This document shows, piece by piece, positions 38,405-51,901 of a DNA stretch of 64,000 nucleotides (position 1 is the first letter of the stretch; each line of letters begins with the position of its first letter). Below the pieces are notes generated by a model. It ran no database searches. It had not been told where the DNA came from and saw only the letters and a list, made by a program, of their open reading frames with translations. The stretch lies in the NCBI GenBank assembly GCA_050949045.1, contig JBMNEZ010000001.1, positions 672,001 to 736,000 on the forward strand, given 5' to 3'. Source of the DNA: Candidatus Izemoplasmatales bacterium (GTDB lineage: Bacteria; Bacillota_I; Bacilli_A; Izemoplasmatales; Hujiaoplasmataceae). Position numbers and translations under genes: made by a program.

Positions 38405-39582
38405 TAGCGAAGATCTTTCAACAAACTTATGCCGATGTCGGTTTGGGAAACATTGAAATTCTCAGCGATCGTCGCCCCGATATTCGCAAAGGTCTCCCCC
38501 GGTGCCATGAACTGCCCTTGAAGATCGGGATTAAAGATGAACAAGGGGACATATTCGCGGGTATGATCGGTTCCAGAATAGGTAGGATCGTTACCGTGAT
38601 CAGCCGTGATCATTAACAGATCGTCGCTCGTGATTTTTTTACACAATTCCCCGAGATCGCTATCAAACTCCTCAAGAGCATGCTTGTAGCCCTTGACGTC
38701 GCGCCTGTGACCATAGAGAGCGTCAAAATCGACCAGATTGACAAATGTCAGTCCGGTGAATTCGCTCTCGGCGAGCGCCATTGTTTTCATCATGCCGTCA
38801 TGGTTGGAGATAATGGGATGATGGTCGGTGATGCCGGAGTTGTTAAAGATATCACGGATCTTCCCGACGGAAATGACGTCATACTTATCCCGTTCCAGAT
38901 AATTGAGCACCGTATCCTCAGGCGGACTGAGAGCATAATCATGGCGATTGGTCGTCCGTTTGAAACCGGTTTTTTCGCTGCCGAGGAACGGCCTGGCGAT
39001 GATCCGCCCGACCTTCCATTCATCTCTCATGGTAATCTGCCTGGCTTTCTTGCAAATGTCGTAGAGTTCGACTAGCGGCACGACTTCCTCGTGTGCCGCA
39101 ATTTGCAAAACCGAATCGGCGGAGGTGTAAACGATCAAGGCTCCTGTCCGACAATGCTCAGCGCCCAATGTGGCAATGATCTCTGTGCCGGAGGCCGCGA
39201 CGTTGCCAATTATCTTTCTATTCGAAGCTTTCTCCAATTCATCGAGCAACGCTTTCGGGAAGCCTTTGTCGGTGAAGGTCTTGAACGGTTTGACGGTCTT
39301 GATCCCCATCATCTCCCAGTGACCCGTCATCGTGTCTTTGCCATTGCTAAGCTCGGCTAGTTTCGTGGTGTTCGCAAGTGGCCGTTCTACCGGCGGGACA
39401 CCGATGATTTCCGTCAGGTTTCCAAAGCCAAAAGCGCCGAGCGTCGGTAAAGCGATCCCGCCGGCAGCCTTTGCCAGGTTGCCTATCGTGTTCGCTCCTT
39501 GGTCGCCGTAAGCCTTGGCGTCCGGCAAGGCGCCGACCCCGACGGAATCGATGACAATCAGGAATATGCGTTTGTATTTCAT
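38404..39582 (-). CDS. deoB: Phosphopentomutase
   Basis: IDSVGVG, GKDTMTGHWE, YTSADSV.QIAAHE, RIIARPF, NLVDFD, TADHGNDPT, DHTREYVP. Confidence 0.97.
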   Translation of the reverse strand: MKYKRIFLIVIDSVGVGALPDAKAYGDQGANTIGNLAKAAGGIALPTLGAFGFGNLTEIIGVPPVERPLANTTKLAELSNGKDTMTGHWEMMGIKTVKPFKTFTDKGFPKALLDELEKASNRKIIGNVAASGTEIIATLGAEHCRTGALIVYTSADSVLQIAAHEEVVPLVELYDICKKARQITMRDEWKVGRIIARPFLGSEKTGFKRTTNRHDYALSPPEDTVLNYLERDKYDVISVGKIRDIFNNSGITDHHPIISNHDGMMKTMALAESEFTGLTFVNLVDFDALYGHRRDVKGYKHALEEFDSDLGELCKKITSDDLLMITADHGNDPTYSGTDHTREYVPLFIFNPDLQGQFMAPGETFANIGATIAENFNVSQTDIGISLLKDLR

Positions 39583-39587
39583 GATTA

Positions 39588-40490
39588 TTATCCCTTCCTT
39601 GCCCGTGGATGGGCACTCGTATATGCCTCTACAAGATGTTTTTTGCTGATGTGGGTATAATTTTCGGTCGTCAGGATATCCTCGTGTCCGAGAAGTTCCT
39701 GAACCGCTTTGAGATCCGCTCCGTTTTCAAGCATATGGGTCGCAAAGGAATGTCTCAAGGTGTGAGGCGAGATCGGTTTTTCGATTCCCGCCTTTTTGGC
39801 AAGCGTCTGGATCACTTTGAAAAAGCCCACACGGCTGATCTGCCTGCCCCGGTTGTTGATGAATACGGATTCTTTATCAATGGGATTTTGTTTCGGCCTT
39901 GACTGCGATAGATAGTTCCTGATGGCGATCACCGCCTCTTCGCCAAGGGGGACGATCCGTTCCTTGTTTCCTTTCCCGGTGATATTGACGAAACCCATAT
40001 TGAGGTGCAGATCAGAAAGTTTTAGAGCGATCAATTCCGTTACCCGGAGACCGGCTCCATAGGCGAGTTCGATCATCGCCACATTGCGCAGATCCGATGG
40101 CTTCCCTTCGCCGATAGAGACTTTCAAAAGCCGATTGATCTCCTCGAGATTCAAGACGACCGGGAGCGTCCTCGCCGTCTTCGGCTTCTGGACTTTGCTT
40201 GCGATGTTCTCGCTCACTTCTTTCTCAAGCAAAAGATACTTGTGGAACGAACGGATCGAGGAGAGTTTGCGGGTGATGCTCGCGGGCACCATCTCCTGTC
40301 TCTTGAGCCGCGAGATGTAGTTTTGCAGATGTTTCTTCTCGACTTGATTCATCCGCTTGATGCCGTAGTTGTTGCTGATGAAGCCCAAATAGTCCTTGAT
40401 GTCATTCTCATAGGAAATGATCGTGTTTTTGCTGAGGCCTTTTTCGGTGCGTAAGTAATAAACGTATTCTTTCAATAAAGCTTTGAGCAT
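39588..40490 (-). CDS. xerD: Tyrosine recombinase XerD/RipX
   Basis: EKGLSKNT, YGAGLRVTE, GKGNKER, PHTLRHSFATH, VQELLGH, T..YTH; xerD-deoB order as in Bacillus ripX-drm. Confidence 0.9.
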   Translation of the reverse strand: MLKALLKEYVYYLRTEKGLSKNTIISYENDIKDYLGFISNNYGIKRMNQVEKKHLQNYISRLKRQEMVPASITRKLSSIRSFHKYLLLEKEVSENIASKVQKPKTARTLPVVLNLEEINRLLKVSIGEGKPSDLRNVAMIELAYGAGLRVTELIALKLSDLHLNMGFVNITGKGNKERIVPLGEEAVIAIRNYLSQSRPKQNPIDKESVFINNRGRQISRVGFFKVIQTLAKKAGIEKPISPHTLRHSFATHMLENGADLKAVQELLGHEDILTTENYTHISKKHLVEAYTSAHPRARKG

Positions 40491-40499
40491 GCTTCCCTC

Positions 40500-41618
40500 C
40501 TATATGACCACCAGGAAAACCTGATTGGCAAGATCCAGACCGCGATCGGTGAGTCTGAGACGTGTTCCCCTCAACTCAAGCAAGCCATTGTCCAAGTGTT
40601 TCCTTAACCCGGGAAAGAGTGTGAATGGCGAGCTGCCAAACCGTTTCTCGAAAGCCGTGAGGCTGATGCCTTCCACCAGGCGGAGACCAAGGATAATCGT
40701 TTCCTTTTCCGGTTCAAATTCTTCTACAGTCTCCAGGGGATGCCCGAACTCAAGTACTTGGTTCAGATAATCGCTGATCCGATCTGGGTTATGATAACGG
40801 CGATGGCCATATTGTGATGCGGCCCCCAAACCGATGCCGAGATATTCTTCAAGATTCCAGTAAAGCAGGTTGTGTTTTGCCTCCCGCCCGGGACGAGCGT
40901 AATTGCTGATTTCGTAACGTCGCAACCCTGCCTTTTCAAGCCTGAGATTGACTAGCTTTCCTTGCTCAAAGACCTGATCTTCATCCAGGAAGAGCACACC
41001 CTTCCTCACTAGGTAGCCCAGTTCCGTTTTCTCCTCTAAAATCAGCTGGTAGTAAGAAACGTGAGCCGGGTCGAGTTTCAAAAGCAATTCAAGATCATTA
41101 TTCACAGAGTCGATACTTTGTCCTGGATAACCGTAGATCATGTCGATGTTGATGTCAAAGTCAAAATCCCTTAAAATATCGACAGCCTTTTTGATAGTTG
41201 CGAAGCCATGCTTTCTATGCATGTGTTGTCGAATATCCATATCGAAAGTCTGGACTCCGAGAGAAACTCTCGTCACACCGGCATCCCGCATCAGAGATGC
41301 CCTGCTATAATCGATATCCTCGGGGTTGGCCTCAACGGTGTACTCGGTGATGGTTCTCGTATTCAAATTGTTGGTAATCATCTTCAAAACACGTCCAAAT
41401 GCCGGTGCGCTCAGACTGGTTGGAGTCCCCCCGCCGATGTAGATCGTTTCGATCATGTCCAAAAGCGATCTGACATGCCCCAGCTCCGTTGCCAACGACT
41501 GAAGATAGTTGTCGATCAGTTCTGGCTTGGCCACAAGTTTACAAAAATCACAGTAACTACAGATATTCCGGCAAAACGGAATATGGATGTACAGACCCTT
41601 AATCAAACCGATCACCAA
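40500..41618 (-). CDS. hemW: Radical SAM heme chaperone HemW (HemN-like)
   Basis: YIHIPFC..ICSYCDF, IYIGGGTPT, EANP, RVSLGVQTF, YEISNY, HNLLYW; follows lepA; start may be TTG 41606. Confidence 0.9.
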   Translation of the reverse strand: MVIGLIKGLYIHIPFCRNICSYCDFCKLVAKPELIDNYLQSLATELGHVRSLLDMIETIYIGGGTPTSLSAPAFGRVLKMITNNLNTRTITEYTVEANPEDIDYSRASLMRDAGVTRVSLGVQTFDMDIRQHMHRKHGFATIKKAVDILRDFDFDINIDMIYGYPGQSIDSVNNDLELLLKLDPAHVSYYQLILEEKTELGYLVRKGVLFLDEDQVFEQGKLVNLRLEKAGLRRYEISNYARPGREAKHNLLYWNLEEYLGIGLGAASQYGHRRYHNPDRISDYLNQVLEFGHPLETVEEFEPEKETIILGLRLVEGISLTAFEKRFGSSPFTLFPGLRKHLDNGLLELRGTRLRLTDRGLDLANQVFLVVI

Positions 41619-41665
41619 TATTATGTTAACATAATAATTGGTGTTTGTATACCATTATGCACCTC

Positions 41666-41699
41666 AAAAATAAAGGCGCCCTGCACAGGGGCGCCTTTC
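41666..41699 (-). terminator. Terminator after lepA
   Basis: AAAGGCGCCC/GGGCGCCTTT stem plus T-tract on minus. Confidence 0.8.
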
Positions 41700-43528
41700 T
41701 ATTCATCATCAAGCGACAAGACAGCCATGAAAGCCGACTGGGGGATTTCAACGGCTCCCACCGCTTTCATCCGCTTCTTGCCAAGTTTTTGTTTCTCCAA
41801 CAGTTTCTTCTTGCGACTGACATCGCCGCCATAACACTTGGCGAGCACATCCTTGCGCAAAGCCTTGATATTGGTTCTGGCGATGACTTTGGAACCGATG
41901 GCAGCCTGGATCGGGATTTCAAAGAGCTGTCTTGGAAGCAGTTGCTTCAACCGCTGACAAATCTTCAACGACCGCTGATAGGCAAAATCCTGATGCAAGA
42001 TCAAAGCAAGGGCGTCAACCAATTCTCCATTTATAAGAATATCAACCTTCACAAGTCGACTTTCGCGATAGCCGATTGGTTCGTAATCAAATGAAGCATA
42101 GCCCTTTGAACCGGATTTGAGCCGATTGAAAAAATCGAAGATGATCTCCGACAACGGCATCTCGTAGATGATCTCGACGCGAGAATCGCTGACATACTGC
42201 ATGTCTTTGAAAACGCCGCGCTTCAACTGACAGAGTTCCATGATGTTGCCAACGAAATCCTTTGGAGTGATGATGATCGCCCGGACATAGGGCTCCTCGA
42301 TCCGCTTGATTCTCTGGATTGGCGGCATCAGCGCCGGATTGTCGATCTCAATCACCGTGTTGTCGGTCAGGTGGACTTGATAATTCACAGACGGAGCCGT
42401 CGCGATGACGTTTTGTTTGAACTCCCGCTCGAGGCGTTCTTGGAAAATTTCCATATGAAGCAATCCGAGGAAGCCCGCACGGAAACCAAAACCGAGGGCT
42501 TCGGAGGATTCGGGCTCATAGATCAGCGACGCGTCGCTGAGTTTCAGTTTTTCGAGCGCTTCTTTCAGATCGCCGTAATCGTCGGCGTCAACGGGATAGA
42601 CGCCCGAATAGACCATCGGAGTAAGTTTCCGATAGCCGGGTAGGGGTTTGAGCGCGGGTTGTCCGCTTTTCGTGATCGTATCGCCGACATGGATTGTGTC
42701 GACATTCCTGATCGTGGCGGAGAGCCAACCGACGTCCCCCGGGCCAAGATACGGCCTCGATTCCTCCTTGGGGGTGTAAACGCCGATCTCGGTAACCTCA
42801 TATGTGGCTCCTGTCGCCATCATTCTGATCTCTTCACCGGTCTTGAGCACGCCATTGACGACTCGGATCAAGGGAATGACGCCCCGATAGGTATCATAAT
42901 ATGAATCAAAGATTAACGCCTGGAAGGGGGCTTCCGGATCACCATTCGGCGCCGGGATGCGCTCGCAGATTTCTTCGAGGATCTCCTTGATGCCGATCCC
43001 CTCCTTGGCGGATGCCAGGATCGCGTTCGAGGCATCGATGCCGATGACATCCTCGATCTCCTTTTTGACCCTTTCCGGATGTGAAGCCGGAAGATCGATT
43101 TTATTGATGACCGGAATGATCTCCAGGTTGTTGTCGAGTGCCAGATAGACGTTCGCCAGCGTCTGCGCCTCGATTCCCTGAGAGGCATCGACAACGAGAA
43201 TGGCGCCTTCGCAGGCGGCGAGAGAACGGGAGACCTCATAGGTGAAATCGACATGCCCCGGGGTGTCGATCAAATGAAAGATGTATTCTTCTTGGCTGTC
43301 GCTTAGATAATTGAGTTCGACCGAATTGAGTTTGATCGTGATTCCGCGCTCGCGTTCGAGATCCATCGAGTCGAGCAACTGGCTTTTCATTTCCCGCATG
43401 GAGACGGCGTTGGTGAGTTCGAGGATCCGGTCGGCAAGGGTCGACTTCCCATGATCGATATGAGCGATGATCGAAAAGTTGCGAATCCGCAACTGCCGTT
43501 TCCGGTATTGATCATAATTGTCGGTCAT
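41699..43528 (-). CDS. lepA: Elongation factor 4 (LepA)
   Basis: [55 protein letters not shown]. Confidence 0.98.
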   Translation of the reverse strand: MTDNYDQYRKRQLRIRNFSIIAHIDHGKSTLADRILELTNAVSMREMKSQLLDSMDLERERGITIKLNSVELNYLSDSQEEYIFHLIDTPGHVDFTYEVSRSLAACEGAILVVDASQGIEAQTLANVYLALDNNLEIIPVINKIDLPASHPERVKKEIEDVIGIDASNAILASAKEGIGIKEILEEICERIPAPNGDPEAPFQALIFDSYYDTYRGVIPLIRVVNGVLKTGEEIRMMATGATYEVTEIGVYTPKEESRPYLGPGDVGWLSATIRNVDTIHVGDTITKSGQPALKPLPGYRKLTPMVYSGVYPVDADDYGDLKEALEKLKLSDASLIYEPESSEALGFGFRAGFLGLLHMEIFQERLEREFKQNVIATAPSVNYQVHLTDNTVIEIDNPALMPPIQRIKRIEEPYVRAIIITPKDFVGNIMELCQLKRGVFKDMQYVSDSRVEIIYEMPLSEIIFDFFNRLKSGSKGYASFDYEPIGYRESRLVKVDILINGELVDALALILHQDFAYQRSLKICQRLKQLLPRQLFEIPIQAAIGSKVIARTNIKALRKDVLAKCYGGDVSRKKKLLEKQKLGKKRMKAVGAVEIPQSAFMAVLSLDDE

Positions 43529-43613
43529 GGTGTCAGCCTCCCTTCCCATTAATTTTACTATACCAAGCAAACCCTTTCAAGTTTTTTCTCCGGCAATGGG
43601 TTCCCTTGTCAAT

Positions 43614-43641
43614 AAAAAAAGCATATCGGAATATGCTTTTT
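43614..43641 (-). terminator. Terminator after rnpB
   Basis: AAAAAGCATAT/ATATGCTTTTT stem. Confidence 0.75.
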
Positions 43642-43643
43642 AG

Positions 43644-43994
43644 GATCAGGCCATCTGTAAGCCATGTTCTGTACTCCCTTGCGGGAGCGACAATCATTTA
43701 TCTCCGGGACAAGCCCGGCGACAGACTCGGTTCGCTTCCCGTTCCGTCGTGCCCCTACCATAATTTGGGTTTCTAGCTTGTGGGGTTTACCGCGTTTCAG
43801 CCGTGCCTGTTCGGCACGATTCGTCTCTGTGGCACTTTACGGCTACTATGGCCTTTGACATCCAATTCGCCGCCGTCGCCATTTCTGGCGCCTAAACTTA
43901 TGGTTTCGTTTAGCACAATCACTACAGACATCACAGTCTGTGCTAGCATGGACTTTCCTAACGCCAAGGGCGCTCAATTGTCCGATGGCCTGAC
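43644..43994 (-). ncRNA. rnpB: RNase P RNA, bacterial class B
   Basis: Minus strand: P1 ends TCAGGCCATC/GATGGCCTGA, AGGAAAGTCCATGCT, AGTGCCACAGAGACG, GGTAAACCCCAC, AGATAAATGATTG, ACAGAACATGGCTTAC. Confidence 0.96.
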
Positions 43995-44016
43995 AACTCT
44001 ATTATACAACAAATTT

Positions 44017-46137
44017 CTACTTTATGGAATCAAGAACCGCTTTTCGCGACAGATCGACGCGGCCCTTGTCATCGACGCCGATGACTTTCACGGTGATGAT
44101 GTCGCCGAGTTTGACAACGTCTTCGACCTTGGCGATACGCTCTTTGGCTAGGTTACGGATATGGACAAGCCCATCCTGTCCCGCCCAAAGCTCCACGAAA
44201 GCGCCAAACTTTTCGATCCTTACGACTTTTCCCTGATAGATCTCGCCGACTTCGACTTCGCGGATGATGTCTTCGATCATTTTTGCGGCTTTCTCAATGA
44301 AGAAATTATCTTGATGCATGATCGTAACCCGGCCGTTTTGTTCGATGTCGATCTTGACATCGTTGCATTGTTCGATGATCGAACTGATCGTCTTTCCGCC
44401 ACTGCCGATGATTTCCCTGATCTTGTCGATGTGGACCATCATCATCTTGACCTTGGGAGCGTACTTGGAGAGCTCCGCTCTGCCCTTGGAAATGACGCTG
44501 TCCATGGCATCCAAAATCTCCATCCTGCCCTTGTTGGCTTGTTTCAAGGCTTCCTTGAAGATCTCCCTAGTGATACCTGAGATCTTGATGTCCATTTGTA
44601 ACGAACAAATCCCTTTCCGGGTGCCGGAAACTTTGAAATCCATATCGCCGAAATGATCCTCTAGACCCTGGATGTCAGTCAAGATTGTGTAATCGTTGCC
44701 TTTCTTCACAAGCCCCATCGCGATTCCCGCCACAGAAGCTTTAAGGGGGACGCCGGCCGCCATCAGCGCCAATGATCCGGCGCAGATCGTCGCCTGCGAA
44801 GATGAGCCGTTTGACTCTAAAATCTCAGAGACAACGCGGACGGTGTAGGGGAATTCCTCTTCCGAGGGCATTACTTGAAGCAAGGCTCTCTCGCCGAGAG
44901 CGCCATGTCCGATCTCCCGTCTCCCCGGTCCGCTGTAACGCCCGGTGGAACCGACGGAAAACTGCGGGAAGTTGTAGTGAAGCATGAAACGTTTGCCCTC
45001 TTCGATGGAAACGCCGTCGATGATCTGGGCTTCTCCGAGTGCTCCGAGGGTGACTGTGGCGAGCGCCTGGGTCTGACCTCTGGTAAACAGAGCCGACCCG
45101 TGAGTGCGTTCGAATAGGTCGATTTCGCAGGCAAGTGATCTCAACTCGTCAAGTTGACGGCCGTCCGGCCTGATTTTATCGACGGTGATCAGTCGCCTGA
45201 CCTCATCAACTTGGATTGTCTCCAGGACTTGGTTGACGAACATGATGTCGGTTTCGATCTCGTCCTTGTCACGGCCCATTTTTCGGAATTCTTCTTTGAG
45301 ATTTTCGCGGATTTCATCTTCAATCCCCTTGATCTTGGCTTGTCGCTCCAACTTATCCTTGGTCGAGACGGCTTTGACGATGCGACCGCGCTCGAGTTTG
45401 TAAACGGCATCCTTGATCGCTTCAGGAACGACTTGGAGTTCGATGGCGATTTTCTTTTTTCCAACCTTCTCGATGATCTCTTCCTCGAAGGCGATGATTT
45501 TCTTGATTTCCTCATGGGCAAACATGATGGCATCGAGGATGACTTCCTCGGCCACTTCCTTGGCGCCGGCTTCGACCATGTTGATGGCATCCTTGGTGCC
45601 TGCAACCGTCAAGTCGATCTCCGACAAAAGAAGTTCTTCCGCGGAGGGGTTGAGGATGAACTTTCCGTCGATCAGGCCGACGACAACGCCGGCTACCGGT
45701 CCGTCGAAGGGAATGCCGCCGATTCCGAGGGCAAGTGAAGAACCAATCAGCGATGCGATGTAAGGCGAACAATCGGGATTGACGGACATGACGGTGTTGA
45801 TGATTTGGACCTCATTGCGGAATCCTTCCGCAAACAAAGGTCTGAGCGGCCTGTCGATCGCTCTTGATGTTAAGATCTCTTTTTCAGTCGGCCGTCCTTC
45901 ACGTCTTAGAAAACCACCGGGAATCTTGCCCGCGGCGTAAAGTTTTTCCTGATACATGACCATCAAGGGGAAAAAGTCTTGGCTTGTTGGCTGATCCCCG
46001 ACGACAGCGACGCTTAATACAGCAGTGTCTTCATAGCGGACCAAGCAGGCTCCGGTCGCTTGTTTTGCCAGTTGTGAGGTTTCAATCTGAAGTTTCCTGC
46101 CATTCAGATCCATCACGAATACTTGTTTTTCACTCAT
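44017..46137 (-). CDS. pnp: Polyribonucleotide nucleotidyltransferase
   Basis: [55 protein letters not shown] and S1 domains. Confidence 0.98.
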   Translation of the reverse strand: MSEKQVFVMDLNGRKLQIETSQLAKQATGACLVRYEDTAVLSVAVVGDQPTSQDFFPLMVMYQEKLYAAGKIPGGFLRREGRPTEKEILTSRAIDRPLRPLFAEGFRNEVQIINTVMSVNPDCSPYIASLIGSSLALGIGGIPFDGPVAGVVVGLIDGKFILNPSAEELLLSEIDLTVAGTKDAINMVEAGAKEVAEEVILDAIMFAHEEIKKIIAFEEEIIEKVGKKKIAIELQVVPEAIKDAVYKLERGRIVKAVSTKDKLERQAKIKGIEDEIRENLKEEFRKMGRDKDEIETDIMFVNQVLETIQVDEVRRLITVDKIRPDGRQLDELRSLACEIDLFERTHGSALFTRGQTQALATVTLGALGEAQIIDGVSIEEGKRFMLHYNFPQFSVGSTGRYSGPGRREIGHGALGERALLQVMPSEEEFPYTVRVVSEILESNGSSSQATICAGSLALMAAGVPLKASVAGIAMGLVKKGNDYTILTDIQGLEDHFGDMDFKVSGTRKGICSLQMDIKISGITREIFKEALKQANKGRMEILDAMDSVISKGRAELSKYAPKVKMMMVHIDKIREIIGSGGKTISSIIEQCNDVKIDIEQNGRVTIMHQDNFFIEKAAKMIEDIIREVEVGEIYQGKVVRIEKFGAFVELWAGQDGLVHIRNLAKERIAKVEDVVKLGDIITVKVIGVDDKGRVDLSRKAVLDSIK

Positions 46138-46258
46138 ATGTTTTTCCTCATTTCTCGTTAGAAAATGAATCTAAGAATAATCATTACACAAATTCTTGAA
46201 TCTGTTTTCTTTTTAAAAAGAACAAGCACCCGTGATGATGGGTGCTCAGATGGTGATA

Positions 46259-46528
46259 CTAGCGGCGTAATCCGAGTTTCTTGATCAAGGTGCGATAGCG
46301 TTCGATTGATACCGATTGCAGGTACTTGAGAAGCGATCTCCGTTTCCCAACCTTTATCAGCAAGCCGCGACGCGAATGAAAATCATGCTTGTGCGTGAGC
46401 AGGTGCTCGTTAAGCGTGTTGATCTCCTCGGTAAGAAGTGCGATCTGAATCTCAGGAGAACCGGTGTCTCCTTCTTTTATGCCGTATTCAGCGACGATTT
46501 CCTTGATTCGTTCCTTAGTCAAAGCCAT
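46259..46528 (-). CDS. rpsO: 30S ribosomal protein S15
   Basis: [32 protein letters not shown] 46528, 89 aa. Confidence 0.98.
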   Translation of the reverse strand: MALTKERIKEIVAEYGIKEGDTGSPEIQIALLTEEINTLNEHLLTHKHDFHSRRGLLIKVGKRRSLLKYLQSVSIERYRTLIKKLGLRR

Positions 46529-46606
46529 CTTTTTCTCCTCCAACGTTATGACTTACCCAGATCCGCAATCAACGTCGGAGATTCGTTGATTCCAGATTTG
46601 GGCGCG
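46529..46606 (-). promoter_or_regulatory. Firmicutes-type S15 (rpsO) leader RNA
   Basis: Nested stems CCCAAATC/GATCTGGG and AATCAACG/CGTTGATT around AATCTCCGA, resembling the Firmicute S15 leader; lies between TGATATAAT extended -10 (46620-46612) and the RBS. Confidence 0.7.
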
Positions 46607-46685
46607 GTATGATTATATCACAGGGTATCGACATATGCAAGAAATATTTACCTTCAAAACGGGTATTTCCGATGACCAGTGATAA

Positions 46686-47147
46686 TCAGATCGAGTTGAT
46701 CAGGGCGATAAAATCCCTTTCCATTTTTTGCGAACCCCAAGGCTCATCTCCATGATAGTCGCCAAGAATCTCGAGCGCATCATAATCCTTCTGCCAAACA
46801 TATGCCAACGAAGAAACAGAGGAGAGCATCGGCTGTTCTTTGTCAACTATTTCAATCTTGTAGTAATGACAGACATAGGATCGCTTTGGAAAATGTTCAT
46901 GCAAGGAAACCGACTTGATCGCAGCGCTGATCTCAACTTTCAAACTGTTAGCTAGTGAAGCGAGCGCCAAATCGCGATCGGGTTCCCGATAATAGGCGAT
47001 TCGGGGAAACAAATATGTGTTATTCTTTGGATCATGCAGCAACAATACCCGACCTTCTTTAACGACAATCAAGGAAACCGCATAGAACAACTGATTGAAT
47101 TTCACGTCCTTGGGTCTCAGATTGTCAGCGTAGATCTCAATGATCAT
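46686..47147 (-). CDS. Hypothetical protein, possibly degenerate Nudix fold
   Basis: AVSLIVVKEGRVLLLH...YLFP resembles a Nudix N-terminus but the Nudix box Gly/Glu residues are absent. Confidence 0.6.
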   Translation of the reverse strand: MIIEIYADNLRPKDVKFNQLFYAVSLIVVKEGRVLLLHDPKNNTYLFPRIAYYREPDRDLALASLANSLKVEISAAIKSVSLHEHFPKRSYVCHYYKIEIVDKEQPMLSSVSSLAYVWQKDYDALEILGDYHGDEPWGSQKMERDFIALINSI

Positions 47148-47787
47148 GTTTCTCCTCCAATAAGTAATTGACCGGCCTTTTTAACAAATCGATGAAAAAA
47201 CCGATAGTGGCAGTAAAGATGATGGTCGTCGGTCCGATGAAAAACCACTGTTCTTGGTGATGGAAGGCAAGGCCGACGATCACCGTCAGGAAAAGCGCGA
47301 GCACCTCACCGATCAGCTTGCCGGTGCCGAAGCTCACTTTGAAGCGTTTGGCAAGGGCGTTGCAGAAGGCGTCAAGGGCCGGCAGGGGATACTTGCAGTA
47401 GATTATCAAGTTCAGTCCGACGGCACAAACAATCAAAGCCAGAAGCAGATAAAGAAGATTGATGACCAGTCCCGCTTCTGTGACCGAGGGGATTACAAGT
47501 AACAAGCCGTCGATGACAAAGCCGATATAAAAACTGACGCCAATGGGAAAAAGAAACAACCAGTCGGGCCGCTTCCAATCAATCAAATAGGCGAGACTGA
47601 TCAAGACCAAGGCAAAAATCGGCGTCAGATATTTGTATTCAATCGGAACTCCTTCATGGAAATTCCGGTTCAGCGCATCCCAACTGCTCATCCCCAGGTT
47701 GGTCTTATGGATCAGGGTGACAGTGAGTCCAAGCAGACTCAGTCCAAAGAGGTACAGGAGCGGTTTCATAATTTTCGATTTTTTCAT
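47137..47787 (-). CDS. YczE/YyaS/YitT-like membrane protein
   Basis: About 6 TM; LGMSSWDAL, P..DA, IGPTTII motifs. Confidence 0.78.
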   Translation of the reverse strand: MKKSKIMKPLLYLFGLSLLGLTVTLIHKTNLGMSSWDALNRNFHEGVPIEYKYLTPIFALVLISLAYLIDWKRPDWLFLFPIGVSFYIGFVIDGLLLVIPSVTEAGLVINLLYLLLALIVCAVGLNLIIYCKYPLPALDAFCNALAKRFKVSFGTGKLIGEVLALFLTVIVGLAFHHQEQWFFIGPTTIIFTATIGFFIDLLKRPVNYLLEEKHDH

Positions 47788-48024
47788 GATTCACCAACGA
47801 TCATCTGAGTCACCCCAGTCACAAGATAGGCAATCCGCAAAAACTTTGGCGCCAGTCGAACAGCTTCATAAAGGATCAAATTACAAAGAGAGCAATCTTG
47901 CATGCAAAAGTTGCCGGCCGTTTGAGATAACGAAAAACTTCTTGGACTATCGGATCGATTTCTGCCAGATGTCCGCTCTCGTTTTATCTCCTGTAATTAT
48001 ATCACATGAATACTCATCGCAAAC

Positions 48025-48052
48025 AAAAAAGGGGCGCAACAAGGCGCGCCCC

Positions 48053-48056
<4 letters not shown>
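48025..48056 (-). terminator. Terminator after lon
   Basis: AAGGGGCGC/GCGCCCCTT stem plus T-tract on minus. Confidence 0.78.
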
Positions 48057-50374
<2,318 letters not shown>

Positions 50375-50526
50375 TGGAATCACCTCTTCAGCGCATATTC
50401 TTCCGTATCTATTTTATCATAAGTCCAATTTTTTTTCCAACTGATATCATCCCGATATGAAAAAAAGAATCCCAACCATTGATCCGGCTCAGCGCCTTGG
50501 TATAGGATTCCCTTCATCTCAACTAT

Positions 50527-51825
50527 TCATTCACGAATTATGTTGGCTTTTTCAACTAGAAGATCGACTGCTTTCTTATGGGTTATTTCTTCGATGATCG
50601 CGCTTTTCGGAATCGCCTGACGGACCTGTTCGACGGTGATGTTTTGCGAGGAATACTGTTCGCTGATCTCTTGATATTTTTTCTCGATTTCGTCTTTTGT
50701 CGCTTCAAGTTTCTCTTTCTTGGCGATCGCTTCGATCACCAGCTGCTGGCGCAGCGTCTTTTCGGCTTGCATCTCGAGTTCCCGCAGATAATCTTCTTCC
50801 GTTTTGCCAAGATACTGCAAATAGATTTTAAAATCGAGATTATATTGTTTGATCTGCCGGCGGTTCTGATCGTCAAGGCGGGATGCCTCTTCCTTGATCA
50901 TTTCCTCGGGAATCTCAAAGAATGCTTTTTCGGTGGCGGCTTCAATCACCGAATTCAGGATATGGTTCTTTGATTGTATTTGTTTTTGCCTGTCCATATC
51001 GGTTTTGAGATAGGTTTGATATTCTTTGATCGTAGAAACATTCTCAATGCCGAGTTCCTTGACAAAGTCGTCTGTCAATTCCGGGACCACCCGCGTTTTG
51101 ATCTCATGGAGGGTGACTTTAAAGACAGCTTCCTTGCCTGCGAGCGATTGTTCGTGGTAGTCTTTGGGGAATGTGACCTTGACATCCTTGGTCGACTCGG
51201 GAGTCATGCCGATCATCTGATCTTCAAAACCGGGAATGAACCCGCCCGAACCGATGACGAGTTCATGGTTTTCAGCGGAGCCTCCCTCAAAGGGAACACC
51301 ATCGATGGTGCCGAGGAAATCAAAAACCGCAGTGTCGTTGTTTTCAAGAGTTCCGCTCTCTTTAAGAACCATTTCGGCGTTGCGTTCGCGCTCTTGATCG
51401 ATCCTGAGGCCAAGTTCCGCCTCGGTCACCGTTTCAGGCAACGCCTTGACTTCGAGATTAAGGTATTCGCCGAGTTGGACTTCTGGTTTCACGGCAACGG
51501 TAACCTTGTAGGTGAAATCCTCGCCACGCTTGACCGAAGCGACATCAAGATCGATTTTCGGTTGGCTGACAACTTCGATGTTGTTTTCAATCACGGCTTC
51601 GTAGTAGCTCTCTTGGAGCGCATGCTTGATAGCTTCCTCATACAGTGACTCGACTCCAAATCTGGCCTCATAGACTGTTCGGGGCGCTTTGCCTTTGCGA
51701 AAACCCTTGATCTCGACTTTCTTGATTACTTCTTGAAAAGCATGGTCGAGAGAGTGCTCGAACAATGTTTTGGTGACAGTGACTTCAAAATGAACACGCG
51801 AGCCGCTGAGCTTGTCGACAATCAT
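50527..51825 (-). CDS. tig: Trigger factor
   Basis: GFRKGKAP ribosome-binding motif; FKBP domain FEGG..E...IGSG.FIPGFEDQ. Confidence 0.97.
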   Translation of the reverse strand: MIVDKLSGSRVHFEVTVTKTLFEHSLDHAFQEVIKKVEIKGFRKGKAPRTVYEARFGVESLYEEAIKHALQESYYEAVIENNIEVVSQPKIDLDVASVKRGEDFTYKVTVAVKPEVQLGEYLNLEVKALPETVTEAELGLRIDQERERNAEMVLKESGTLENNDTAVFDFLGTIDGVPFEGGSAENHELVIGSGGFIPGFEDQMIGMTPESTKDVKVTFPKDYHEQSLAGKEAVFKVTLHEIKTRVVPELTDDFVKELGIENVSTIKEYQTYLKTDMDRQKQIQSKNHILNSVIEAATEKAFFEIPEEMIKEEASRLDDQNRRQIKQYNLDFKIYLQYLGKTEEDYLRELEMQAEKTLRQQLVIEAIAKKEKLEATKDEIEKKYQEISEQYSSQNITVEQVRQAIPKSAIIEEITHKKAVDLLVEKANIIRE

Positions 51826-51901
51826 CTTTAATCCTCCGCTTGTAGTAATTCACTCGTAACATTATAACAAACCATCTTTACAAAAGCAATCTTTTTACTC
51901 C

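Noticed and set aside
39588..40490. Tyrosine recombinase as a prophage or ICE integrase
   Set aside because: Length, sequence and xerD-deoB context match housekeeping XerD; no att repeats, tRNA or cargo genes nearby
41604..41665. Chromosomal dif site
   Set aside because: XerD-like arms are present but no XerC arm at 6-bp spacing, and gene orientation does not switch here
43664..44151. Plus-strand ORFs between lepA and pnp
   Set aside because: They overlap the RNase P RNA gene on the opposite strand
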